Source: Bifidobacteriaceae bacterium (GTDB lineage: Bacteria; Actinomycetota; Actinomycetes; Actinomycetales; Bifidobacteriaceae). Taken from it: 64,000 nt of DNA. Positions 36,552 through 45,149 of the stretch are shown in pieces. Under the pieces are notes generated by a model that saw only the letters and a program-made list of their open reading frames with translations, was not told the DNA's origin and did no database searches. Each line of letters begins with the position of its first letter. Position 1 is the first letter of the stretch. The stretch is taken from assembly GCA_022651005.1 (NCBI GenBank), contig JALCQD010000006.1:8841-72840 (forward strand), given 5' to 3'. Both the position numbers and the translations under genes were made by a program.

Positions 36552-37559
36552 GTGCGTATGGGATTTTTTGAAACGCAGGTAGAGCGAGCCGATCTGCCGC
36601 TTGTCGTTGTGCCTGTGATTTTCGATGCCATGCGCGACGATATGAAGGCGGCGGTGGGTAGTCTCGCAGATGTCGCTCGGGTGCGCGTGTACGACGATTT
36701 CACTGATGACCGTGATGAGGTGCGCCGACGTCTGGACTCGGCCGAGGTCGGAATCATTACGGGAATCCATTTCGATGAGACATTGCTGAGTTCGATCGCG
36801 GCACCGCGAGGCTCCGTGAAGTGCCTTGCCTTCGGGGGAACGGGAGTCGCAAGCTACGTGAACCTCTCGCAGGCAAAGGGCATGGGCATCCAGGTGCGCA
36901 ATATCGCACATTATGGTGACGCTTCAGTGGCGGAGCACGCCATTGCTCTCATGCTTGAGTGCTCGCGGAGGATCGGGCGCATGGATGCCAGCATGAAACG
37001 CGGTGAGTGGGACACTCTGGAATGCATCGATCTTCACGGCAAGACTCTCGGTCTCGTGGGCTTCGGCGGCATCAGCCAAGCGGTCGCGCGGATTGCTGCC
37101 GCCATCGGTATGCGTGTTCAGGTCTGGGCTCGACCTTCCCACGTCGAGGCGGTCGAAGAGAGTGGCTACGTTTTTGAACCAGATCTGATGAGCCTTTTCG
37201 CACACAGTGACGTGGTGAGCCTCCACGTGGGGCTCAATGATGCTACGGCGGGCATGATTACGAGAGAGCATCTCGATGCTCTGCGCACGGGGTCGTTCTT
37301 CATCAACACAGCCCGCTCGCAACTCGTGACGCATGGCGCTCTCGAGCAACGATTGGAGCGCGGCGATATCGTGGCGGGCGTGGACGTCTATGATCAGGAA
37401 CCGCTTCCTGCAGATGATCCCCTACGCGGATACGACAATGCGATTCTGACCCCTCACGCAGCGTGGTTCGCAGATACAGCCTTTGCAAATATCGCTCGTC
37501 AAGTCTTTGCCGACGTCCGTGACTATTTTCAGGGTGGCACTCTGGGTCTGGTGAATTGA
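36552..37559 (+). CDS. D-isomer-specific 2-hydroxyacid dehydrogenase family protein (NAD-binding)
   Basis: GxGxxG motif (GLVGFGGISQAVAR) and the catalytic Arg/Glu/His contexts (INTARSQLV, DVYDQEPL, LTPHAAW). The start is GTG 36552 or ATG 36558. Confidence 0.85.
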   Translation: MRMGFFETQVERADLPLVVVPVIFDAMRDDMKAAVGSLADVARVRVYDDFTDDRDEVRRRLDSAEVGIITGIHFDETLLSSIAAPRGSVKCLAFGGTGVASYVNLSQAKGMGIQVRNIAHYGDASVAEHAIALMLECSRRIGRMDASMKRGEWDTLECIDLHGKTLGLVGFGGISQAVARIAAAIGMRVQVWARPSHVEAVEESGYVFEPDLMSLFAHSDVVSLHVGLNDATAGMITREHLDALRTGSFFINTARSQLVTHGALEQRLERGDIVAGVDVYDQEPLPADDPLRGYDNAILTPHAAWFADTAFANIARQVFADVRDYFQGGTLGLVN

Positions 37560-38239
37560 GGCACGTGGTGAGCTCGACGCAACCAAGGAAAATGACCGTT
37601 CTCAATACGGCTGCTGCACCGTCTCGAGGCGATCTCGTAGAAAAGAAATCTGAATTCATCGGTAACGCGGCGCATTGCTCCTCCGAGGCTGAGGTACTTG
37701 ACTTCGTTGAAAGCGTGCGCCTGGCTCATCCAAAGGCGCGCCACGTTGCCTTCGCTGCGATTTTCGAGACCGTCGATGGCGAGGTGCGGCAGATATCCGA
37801 GCGCATGAGCGACGATGGAGAGCCTTCGGGCACGGCCGGTAAGCCGATTCTTGACGCGTTGCAGAAGTCGGCGATGAGCGATGTGGCCGTCACGGTAACG
37901 AGGTACTTCGGTGGCATTCTCTTGGGCTCTGCCGGTCTCATCCGCGCGTACTCCACAGCGGCAAGCGAGGCCTTGCGAGCGGGCAAACGTGCTCGCATCG
38001 TGGACCATACGCGGTATGCGGTGACGGTGGAGTATCCGCAATTGGCGACCTTTGACCACGTCCTTTCGCGCGTGGGGGGCAGCGTTGAACAGCGCGATTA
38101 CTCCGACGTCGTGAAAAGCGTGGTGCTGGTGGAGGCGGAGTGCGATGCGAGTTTTGCGGACAGCATCCGTGAGGTGTTCAAGGGGTCGGTGTTCTTGGAG
38201 AACGAGGGCGGCGTGGCGGTTCCTGTTCCCGAAAATTGA
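37556..38239 (+). CDS. YigZ / IMPACT-family (UPF0029) protein
   Basis: Signature SDDGEPSGTAGKPILDAL. The TTG start overlaps the stop of the upstream gene (TTGA); ATG 37592 is an alternative. Confidence 0.8.
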   Translation: MRHVVSSTQPRKMTVLNTAAAPSRGDLVEKKSEFIGNAAHCSSEAEVLDFVESVRLAHPKARHVAFAAIFETVDGEVRQISERMSDDGEPSGTAGKPILDALQKSAMSDVAVTVTRYFGGILLGSAGLIRAYSTAASEALRAGKRARIVDHTRYAVTVEYPQLATFDHVLSRVGGSVEQRDYSDVVKSVVLVEAECDASFADSIREVFKGSVFLENEGGVAVPVPEN

Positions 38240-38271
38240 TACATTGATGGAGTAGCGAAAGGGAAGACACT

Positions 38272-38916
38272 ATGGCTGACGAGACAAGCAGTGACACGAG
38301 CGATGCTCGCGATAAGGGGACTGAGTCACCATCTGTTGGAGAAACGCTGACCGAGTCGTATGAGCGATTGCGTCACTCCACCGACTCGGCGGAACTTTCT
38401 GATGTCGCGCGCGCTCCGCTTCCTGATCGGTCCGACGCCGCTGCCTTCTCTCGTGCCACGTCCTTGCTTGAGGCAGTTGCCGGGAATAAGAACACGTCTG
38501 TTGAGGATCGTGTGTTTTTGGCGTCAACTATGCCTTTCCCTAATATTCTCGTGAAGCTGTCCGAGGACCCGGAACCGAGCGTTCGTAGAGAGGTGGCGAA
38601 GAACGCGGATGACAAAAATTGGCTTGCAGGTCGCCTCACCAAAGACGAGGATGACTCAGTGCGTACAGCCGCGCTTCTCAATCCGCGGACATCGTGGAAG
38701 ATGCGTCTCGAGGGGGCTCAGGATCCACGTACTGCTCCGGAAGCGTTGGAATTCTTGGGTGGTCTGGGCGTGAGTTCGGAGGAGAACGCCCCGGTGGTGC
38801 TGGCTTCCATGGTGCGCCGTTCGGTGGCTCTCAACCCGAATACGCCGCAGGAGGTCGTAGAGCGCCTCAAGGACGACGCTGAAATTCAGGTGCAGCATGC
38901 GGCACAATCGAGATGA
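38272..38916 (+). CDS. Leucine-rich-repeat-variant (LRV)/HEAT-like repeat protein, function unknown
   Basis: Repeated D-x-x-P-x-VR-x-x-VA-x-N units (EDPEPSVRREVAKNADD; DEDDSVRTAALLNPRT; VRRSVALNPNTPQEVVERL). Confidence 0.65.
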   Translation: MADETSSDTSDARDKGTESPSVGETLTESYERLRHSTDSAELSDVARAPLPDRSDAAAFSRATSLLEAVAGNKNTSVEDRVFLASTMPFPNILVKLSEDPEPSVRREVAKNADDKNWLAGRLTKDEDDSVRTAALLNPRTSWKMRLEGAQDPRTAPEALEFLGGLGVSSEENAPVVLASMVRRSVALNPNTPQEVVERLKDDAEIQVQHAAQSR

Positions 38917-39020
38917 TATCGATTGCTGTTATATGGCGCTATGTCTGTATGAATAGTGGCAAAAACGCAAGGAATTAAAGACTTTTGAGTTTTTAGCAAA
39001 CGTTGTCATTTTGCTGTATC

Positions 39021-41189
39021 ATGAGTGGCATGACAAAAAAGTCCGAAAGCCAAAGGCGGCTTGCCCGGCCGCTGATCCAATTGGCGCAACGCAGCAATGT
39101 GGCTACGTCCTACATTGGTCAAACGGGTGATTATAACGAAATCGACGATGAGGTCCTGGTCCAGGTTCTTGCTGCGTTGGGTGTGAAAGCACACTCTGAC
39201 GCCGAGATACAGGATTCCTTGGCGCAAATTGAGAGGAACGATGCCACGAGCTTGGTGCCGGGAACGGTTTTTGCTCTTCTTGGCACGCCCACGCAGGTGA
39301 CTATTCATCACCGTGTGGACACGGTTCCGATGGCTTCGATCATCTTGGAGAACGGGGAACGCTTCTCGGACATTCTCGAGGTCTCGGAGAGTGATGAAAA
39401 GAACGATGATGGCTGGGCTACGGCCACGCTCATTCTGCCCCAAACGGTACCGATGGGATATCACCAGCTCGAGGTACGTGCGGGTGAGGAGGCACGTACT
39501 GCAACTCTCATTGTGGCACCCGAGAAAGTGCCGCTTCCTTCAGATCTGGAGAAGGGGCAACTGTGGGGGTGGATGGCGCAGCTTTACTCCATCCGCTCGC
39601 ACGATTCGTGGGGCGTGGGGGACTTTGAGGATCTGCGCACGCTTCTGGTGGATGCTCATCTGAAGACCAAAGCGGATTACATGCTCATCAATCCGCTGCA
39701 TGCTGCCGAACCGGTCGGGCCGCTGACTCCCTCGCCGTATCTGCCGGATTCGCGTCGCTTCGTTAACTTCACCTACATCCGTCCAGAGGAAATCGACGAG
39801 TATCGTGCGGCGCCTGCTTCCGTTGTTGCACACGCTAAATTGTTGCGCCGTCAGGTGGAGCCACTCAACGACGATGCTTCTCGCATCGATCGCAACACCA
39901 TGTGGAATGCCAAGGCTCCGTTGTTGCGAGACATTTTTGAGATCCCGCGTAGTGCAGAGCGACAGGCGTCTTTTGATCGCTACAAGAGCGAACAGGGCAG
40001 TGACCTCGATGCGTACGCAACATGGTGCGTGGCCTACGAGCAGTGGGGGCGCCCTTCGGATTCTCCTGAGTCGTGGACAACGACGGAGACAATGACATCA
40101 CCGAGGGTTGTGCGCTTAGTGGAAGAGCACAGCGGGGACGTTGAATTCTATCGGTGGCTGGAATGGGTGGCTGACTCCCAACTTGCGCAGGCGCAGAGTG
40201 ATGCCAAGGCGTCGGGAATGAGCATCGGCCTCATGCTTGATATGGCCGTGGGGGTGCATCCTCTGGGGGCCGACGTGTGGGCAGCTCCCGAGCGCTTTGC
40301 CCGCGGAGCGACCGTCGGTGCGCCGCCTGATTACTACAACCAGCAGGGTCAAAACTGGAGCCAGCCTCCGCTCAACCCGCGGTATCTGGAGAAGACCGGG
40401 TACAAGGCCTACCGTGACCTTATCCGCCAGATGTTCAGGGGTGCCGGTGCGTTGCGTATTGATCACATTCTTGGTCTCTTCCGCTTGTGGTGGATCCCCG
40501 AGGGCAGCTCTGCCGACAAAGGGACGTACGTCGGATATGACTCCGATGTGATGTTGGGCGTGCTGGCCATCGAGGCTACGCGAGCAGGTGGCGTTGTCAT
40601 CGGTGAAGACCTCGGTGTGGTTCCGCCCTACGTCGCCTCTGCACTTAAGAGTCATGGATTGCTGGGTTCTGTTATCGAGTGGTTCGAAAAAGACGAGAAC
40701 GGCGATTTTAAGAGTCCTGACAGTTATCGTGAATACGCCATCGCCAGTGTCACCACGCACGATCTGCCGCCCACGGCCGGCTATCTCAACTACGAGCATG
40801 TTCGCATTCGCAAGAATCTGCATCTCTTTGCGGGTGCTCAGGAGGAAGCAGGCTTCGAGGCCGCGGCGCATCTCGAACACGCCAAGCTACTGCGTTTTCT
40901 CGTTGACGGTGGCTGGCTTACCAAGGAGGCGCTCCTTGACGAAGGCGCGTGTGAACAGCAGATCATCGAAGCCATGCACAAGGTGCTCAAGGCGTCGAAG
41001 TCTAAGTTGCTGTGCGCGGCCGTAGTGGATGGAGTGGGGGAAAGGCGCTCGCAGAACCAGCCCGGAACCAACAACGAGTATCCCAACTGGCGTATTCCGT
41101 TGGCGGACGACCAGGGTAACCCCGTCTTCGCGGAGGATCTTTTCAGCAACCCGCGCGTGCGGTCGCTTGGTAAGATTATGGATGAATAA
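39021..41189 (+). CDS. malQ: 4-alpha-glucanotransferase (amylomaltase, GH77)
   Basis: GH77 motifs: YYNQQGQNWSQPPLNP, RIDHILGLFRLWWIP, IGEDLGVVP, THDLPP. The start is uncertain (ATG 39021 or 39030; the ORF-track TTG is at 39003). Confidence 0.92.
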   Translation: MSGMTKKSESQRRLARPLIQLAQRSNVATSYIGQTGDYNEIDDEVLVQVLAALGVKAHSDAEIQDSLAQIERNDATSLVPGTVFALLGTPTQVTIHHRVDTVPMASIILENGERFSDILEVSESDEKNDDGWATATLILPQTVPMGYHQLEVRAGEEARTATLIVAPEKVPLPSDLEKGQLWGWMAQLYSIRSHDSWGVGDFEDLRTLLVDAHLKTKADYMLINPLHAAEPVGPLTPSPYLPDSRRFVNFTYIRPEEIDEYRAAPASVVAHAKLLRRQVEPLNDDASRIDRNTMWNAKAPLLRDIFEIPRSAERQASFDRYKSEQGSDLDAYATWCVAYEQWGRPSDSPESWTTTETMTSPRVVRLVEEHSGDVEFYRWLEWVADSQLAQAQSDAKASGMSIGLMLDMAVGVHPLGADVWAAPERFARGATVGAPPDYYNQQGQNWSQPPLNPRYLEKTGYKAYRDLIRQMFRGAGALRIDHILGLFRLWWIPEGSSADKGTYVGYDSDVMLGVLAIEATRAGGVVIGEDLGVVPPYVASALKSHGLLGSVIEWFEKDENGDFKSPDSYREYAIASVTTHDLPPTAGYLNYEHVRIRKNLHLFAGAQEEAGFEAAAHLEHAKLLRFLVDGGWLTKEALLDEGACEQQIIEAMHKVLKASKSKLLCAAVVDGVGERRSQNQPGTNNEYPNWRIPLADDQGNPVFAEDLFSNPRVRSLGKIMDE

Positions 41190-41263
41190 GCGGTGTGTGG
41201 GGCCTCGTGGAATGAGGTAACTGCTGTGAGGTCTCCGCACAACGTCTCGTTGCGCGTCGTCTT

Positions 41264-41291
41264 TTGACTTTGGCACGCAACGCGATATAGT
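41264..41291 (+). promoter_or_regulatory. Putative sigma-70-type promoter of rplM-rpsI
   Basis: TTGACT (41264-41269), a 16-nt spacer, then TATAGT (41286-41291). This implies a roughly 135-nt leader before the rplM GTG. Confidence 0.55.
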
Positions 41292-41433
41292 TGAGGATTG
41301 TTGTGTTTCCCTCGGGTCTAGTCGAAAGCGCGTTCCCACTCGCCGGCCGGGACTTTCCAGGGAGCCCACGGATAAATTGGCGTGAGTAGTACCTCTACAA
41401 ACGCTTGAAACACAATATAGAAAAGGTTGAACT

Positions 41434-41883
41434 GTGAAAACTTTCACACCGAAGCCGAACGATCTGACCCATGATTGGTACATCGTCGACGCTACGGACG
41501 TCGTTCTTGGACGTCTCGCAACTCAGGTTGCACAGCTCCTGCGCGGTAAGCAGAAGCCCACTTTCGCACCTCACGCCGATGCCGGTGATTTCGTCGTCAT
41601 CATCAACGCTGAGAAAATTGCGATTACCGGCAACAAGGCCGATAAGAACATCTACACGCACTCCGGATACCCGGGTGGTCTGCGTGCGTACTCCTACGGT
41701 GATCTCATCAATGATGATCCCGCTCGCATGATCAAGACTGCCGTTCGCGGCATGCTCCCGAAGAACAAGCTCGCGAAGGTTCAGCTTTCTCGCCTGCGTG
41801 TCTTCACTGGTTCCGATTATCCGTACGCCGCCCAGAAGCCCGTCGCCTACGAGATCAAGCAAGTCTCGCAGCAGGCTAAGTGA
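41434..41883 (+). CDS. rplM: 50S ribosomal protein L13
   Basis: [19 protein letters not shown]...VLGRLA signature. GTG start. rpsI follows. Confidence 0.96.
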   Translation: MKTFTPKPNDLTHDWYIVDATDVVLGRLATQVAQLLRGKQKPTFAPHADAGDFVVIINAEKIAITGNKADKNIYTHSGYPGGLRAYSYGDLINDDPARMIKTAVRGMLPKNKLAKVQLSRLRVFTGSDYPYAAQKPVAYEIKQVSQQAK

Positions 41884-41909
41884 GCTCAGGACTAGGAAAG
41901 AGTCGAAAA

Positions 41910-42401
41910 ATGGCAGAAGAAACCAAAGCTCCTGAGGTCCAGGAATCCGCTGAGGAACTCACCTCGTACACGTCCGAGACCAACTCCGGTGCTGGCACCG
42001 GTACGTCTCTCATCGCTCCCGGCTACGGCACGGGACGTCGCAAGGAAGCTGTTGCCCGCGTTCGTCTGGTTCCCGGAACCGGCAAGTGGACCATCAACGG
42101 CCGCACCTTGGAGAAGTACTTCCCGAGCCGTCTGCACCAGCGCGAGGTTAACTCGCCCATCGTGCTGCTCAAGCTCGAGAACAAGTTCGACGTCATCGTC
42201 CTTGTTGACGGCGGCGGCGTGACCGGCCAGGCTGGAGCAATCCGTCTCGGTGTGGCACGTGCACTGAACGCTATCGACCGCGACGCCAACCGTTCCACGC
42301 TCAAGAAGCAAGGCTTCCTGACACGTGACGCCCGCGTTGTTGAGCGCAAGAAGGCTGGTCTGCACAAGGCTCGTCGCGCTCCTCAGTTCTCGAAGCGCTA
42401 A
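41910..42401 (+). CDS. rpsI: 30S ribosomal protein S9
   Basis: Start at [10 protein letters not shown]-terminal [14 protein letters not shown] signature. Confidence 0.95.
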   Translation: MAEETKAPEVQESAEELTSYTSETNSGAGTGTSLIAPGYGTGRRKEAVARVRLVPGTGKWTINGRTLEKYFPSRLHQREVNSPIVLLKLENKFDVIVLVDGGGVTGQAGAIRLGVARALNAIDRDANRSTLKKQGFLTRDARVVERKKAGLHKARRAPQFSKR

Positions 42402-42435
42402 AGTTCATTACGGTGGCCGGACGTTCCGGCTGCAC

Positions 42436-42478
42436 AAATCCCCCGACTCACAGGTTTTCTGTGGTGCGGGGGATTTTG
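42436..42478. terminator. Terminator hairpin between convergent rpsI and glgX
   Basis: AAATCCCCCG ... CGGGGGATTT stem with an internal small hairpin, followed by T (TTTT run including the stem end). Confidence 0.8.
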
Positions 42479-42494
42479 CATAGGTGCCGATGGA

Positions 42495-44873
42495 TTACTG
42501 TTCTTGTTCCCACAGAGAGAGCGTGAGCTCTGGAATTCGTACGGATGCTAAGGATGTCGCGGCGCCGCGCGCTTCATACTCAAGCGGTTGCGAACTCCAG
42601 AGAAGGCGCCACTGTGTGTCGTCGGGAATGGAGAAGTCTTCAGGGGTCGCAGTGCCGTTGACCGTCAGGAGAGCGTCGACGCTCTTTGAGCGGAGGCGAA
42701 GTGAAAAGCTGCGGCGTGTGGAATCTCTCCAGTCGGCGTCCGTTGGCGAGGTGCCATCGGGAAGATACCACTGAACGCGGTCGGACTGCGTGAGCAGGCC
42801 CAGCTGCGACATCACGGTGAAGAAAGCTTCGTGATGGAACTGCTCGAGCTGAGTGCGCAACGATATCAGCGCTGTGATGGACGAGAATCGTTGGCGCTGC
42901 CAGCTGAGAGGATCCTGCTGCATCCACGACCAATCGAGCCAACTGATGCTGTTGTCCTGAACATAGGGATTATTGTTACCGTCTTGGGTGCGGCCGAATT
43001 CGTCTCCGGCCACGAGCATCGGCGTACCCAAGCTCAGCAACGTCGTCCCCGCCATGTTGAGAGAGGCACGTTGCCGCTTGAGAATCACGTCGGGGTTGGC
43101 TGTAGGGCCTTCCACGCCGCAGTTGAAGGAATAGTTCGTGTCGCTGCCATCGTGGTTGTTCTCGCCGTTGAGATCGTTGTGCTTTGAGTTGTATCGCGTG
43201 AGATCGGCGAGAGTGAAGCCATCGTGAGAACAGACGTAATTGATGGAGGCAACTGCCCCGCGTCCGGGTTCGGTTGCAAAAAGATCCGCTGACCCGCACA
43301 GCCTCGTTGCAAGTTCCTGCATGGACAGGTGTGCGGACTTGCCCGAATGGAGTCGCGCGGCGTCAGTGAGCCAAAACTGCCGCGTGACGTCGCGGAAATG
43401 GTCGTTCCACTCGGAAAAGGGCAGTCCGAATTGACCGGTGCGCCAGCCGTTGTCGCCTGTGTCCCAGGGCTCCATGATGAGTTTGAGATTGCCGAGGAGC
43501 ATGTCAGACCTAATCGCGTAGAGGAACGGATGGTGTGGCGTGAAACGTCCGTTTGCGCTATGGCGTTGCGCGGCACCGTGCGAGGCGGGGGTCTCTCCCA
43601 GACGTGCAAGGCTTACCGCTAAATCGAAACGGAAACCGTCGACGCCGATGCGCTTAGCCCAATACCTCAGGGAATCAACAGCCATCGTGATGACCTGCGT
43701 TTGAGAGAAGTCAAAGGTGTTGCCCGTTCCGGTCGAGTCGAGGAGACGCCCACCATCACGCGGGTCGCGCCGATAGTAGCTATGTCCATCGATGCCACGC
43801 CAGCTGAGAGAATATCCCGTTTCGTCGCCCTCGCAACTGTGGTTGTAGACCACGTCGAGGATGACCTCAATGCCTGCCGCATGGAGTGCGTCCACCATGT
43901 CGATGACTTCCTGCCGCACTGCTTGTGGCCCCCGTTCTTGCGAACGTGTGGTGGCGTAGCTCGGCTCGGGAGAGAAGTAGTTGAGAGTGGAATAGCCCCA
44001 ATAATTTTCTTTTCCCTGCTCTGAGAGATGAGGCTCAGCGCATTTCGCGAAGATTGGCAGGAGTTCCACCGAAGTGATGCCCAATTGGGTGAGATAGTCG
44101 ATGGTATGAGGGTCCGCAAGCCCGGCATAGGTTCCTCGCAACTCCTCTGGAAGCCACGGAGCACGTTTCGTGAATCCTTTAACGTGCAACTCGTAGATCA
44201 CGGTACTGGCCCACGGTACATGCGGATGTGCTGATTCTACATCGTGTTTTGTGGAATCTCGGTCGTCGATAACGACAGAGAAGGGGACGTCTCCCAAGGA
44301 ATCAAGGGTGCTTGGCGCCCCGAAGGCTCCGTTGCTTTCAGAATCGAGGGTGGACGTGGAATTGGTCACGCTTGCGTATGCGTGCAGGGCGGAAGAAAAG
44401 ACGACATTTCCTGAAAGCCCTTTGGCGCAGGGGTAGATGAGGAACTTATAGGGGTTAAACCGTACGCCGTTGCGTGGGTCCCATGGCCCGTCGACGCGGT
44501 AGCCGTACCGCATGCCGTCCCACGCGTGTGGAAGGTGAACGAACCAATTGCCATAATTGGGGCCAGACATGGCGAATAGGGTCTCGCGATACGTGCCGAT
44601 AACGCGGGTGGTGACTGAATATCGCGAGGCTACCGCAAAAAAGGCCTCAGGCTTGGTCGGTGATGGAGCGTCACCGATGTCGACTCCTGCAGAGTGGCTG
44701 TGATCGTAGTCGAAGGCGAGGGAAGCGAAGACGCTTGGTGCGTTTGCCTCCTCTATGACGCTCAACCAGACGCGGTCGGCATTCTGAGACCAGATGACGG
44801 CGTCGGCACCCCCGTCGTCGGTGAGGAAGAATCCAGGGCGCGTGGCGTAGCGATGCAGCGGCGGTCGTCTCAT
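42495..44873 (-). CDS. glgX: Glycogen debranching enzyme GlgX (GH13 isoamylase type)
   Basis: Start at MRRPPLHRYATRPGFF. GH13 conserved regions DVVYNH, DGFRFDLA, EPWD, YVCSHDGF. Confidence 0.92.
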   Translation of the reverse strand: MRRPPLHRYATRPGFFLTDDGGADAVIWSQNADRVWLSVIEEANAPSVFASLAFDYDHSHSAGVDIGDAPSPTKPEAFFAVASRYSVTTRVIGTYRETLFAMSGPNYGNWFVHLPHAWDGMRYGYRVDGPWDPRNGVRFNPYKFLIYPCAKGLSGNVVFSSALHAYASVTNSTSTLDSESNGAFGAPSTLDSLGDVPFSVVIDDRDSTKHDVESAHPHVPWASTVIYELHVKGFTKRAPWLPEELRGTYAGLADPHTIDYLTQLGITSVELLPIFAKCAEPHLSEQGKENYWGYSTLNYFSPEPSYATTRSQERGPQAVRQEVIDMVDALHAAGIEVILDVVYNHSCEGDETGYSLSWRGIDGHSYYRRDPRDGGRLLDSTGTGNTFDFSQTQVITMAVDSLRYWAKRIGVDGFRFDLAVSLARLGETPASHGAAQRHSANGRFTPHHPFLYAIRSDMLLGNLKLIMEPWDTGDNGWRTGQFGLPFSEWNDHFRDVTRQFWLTDAARLHSGKSAHLSMQELATRLCGSADLFATEPGRGAVASINYVCSHDGFTLADLTRYNSKHNDLNGENNHDGSDTNYSFNCGVEGPTANPDVILKRQRASLNMAGTTLLSLGTPMLVAGDEFGRTQDGNNNPYVQDNSISWLDWSWMQQDPLSWQRQRFSSITALISLRTQLEQFHHEAFFTVMSQLGLLTQSDRVQWYLPDGTSPTDADWRDSTRRSFSLRLRSKSVDALLTVNGTATPEDFSIPDDTQWRLLWSSQPLEYEARGAATSLASVRIPELTLSLWEQEQ

Positions 44874-45024
44874 GTCACCATTCTCGCATTGACATGTGAT
44901 GGTGATGAACGTGTGTGTAGTTTCGCGAAATTTCGGTAGCGAACAGAAGTGTCCACACTGTGCGACACGGAGTGTGAGGGATTTCACAACGCCTAGTGTT
45001 CATGCTACTTTTACTGAGGAATTA

Positions 45025-45040
45025 TGTGAGAAAGCTCACA
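45025..45040. promoter_or_regulatory. Perfect TGTGA-N6-TCACA palindrome (CRP/GlxR-type consensus) in the glgX-adhE divergent region
   Basis: TGTGAGAAAGCTCACA seen directly, 110 nt upstream of the proposed adhE start. The cognate regulator is unknown. Confidence 0.45.
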
Positions 45041-45149
45041 GCTTACTAGCAAAAAAGCTAGACTTCCTACCAACCAAGAAGTGAGGTTATGCGGGGTCTT
45101 CCCGTCTTAATTGAGCTTCATGTCTTTCTTCCATGAGAGGAGGACCCCC

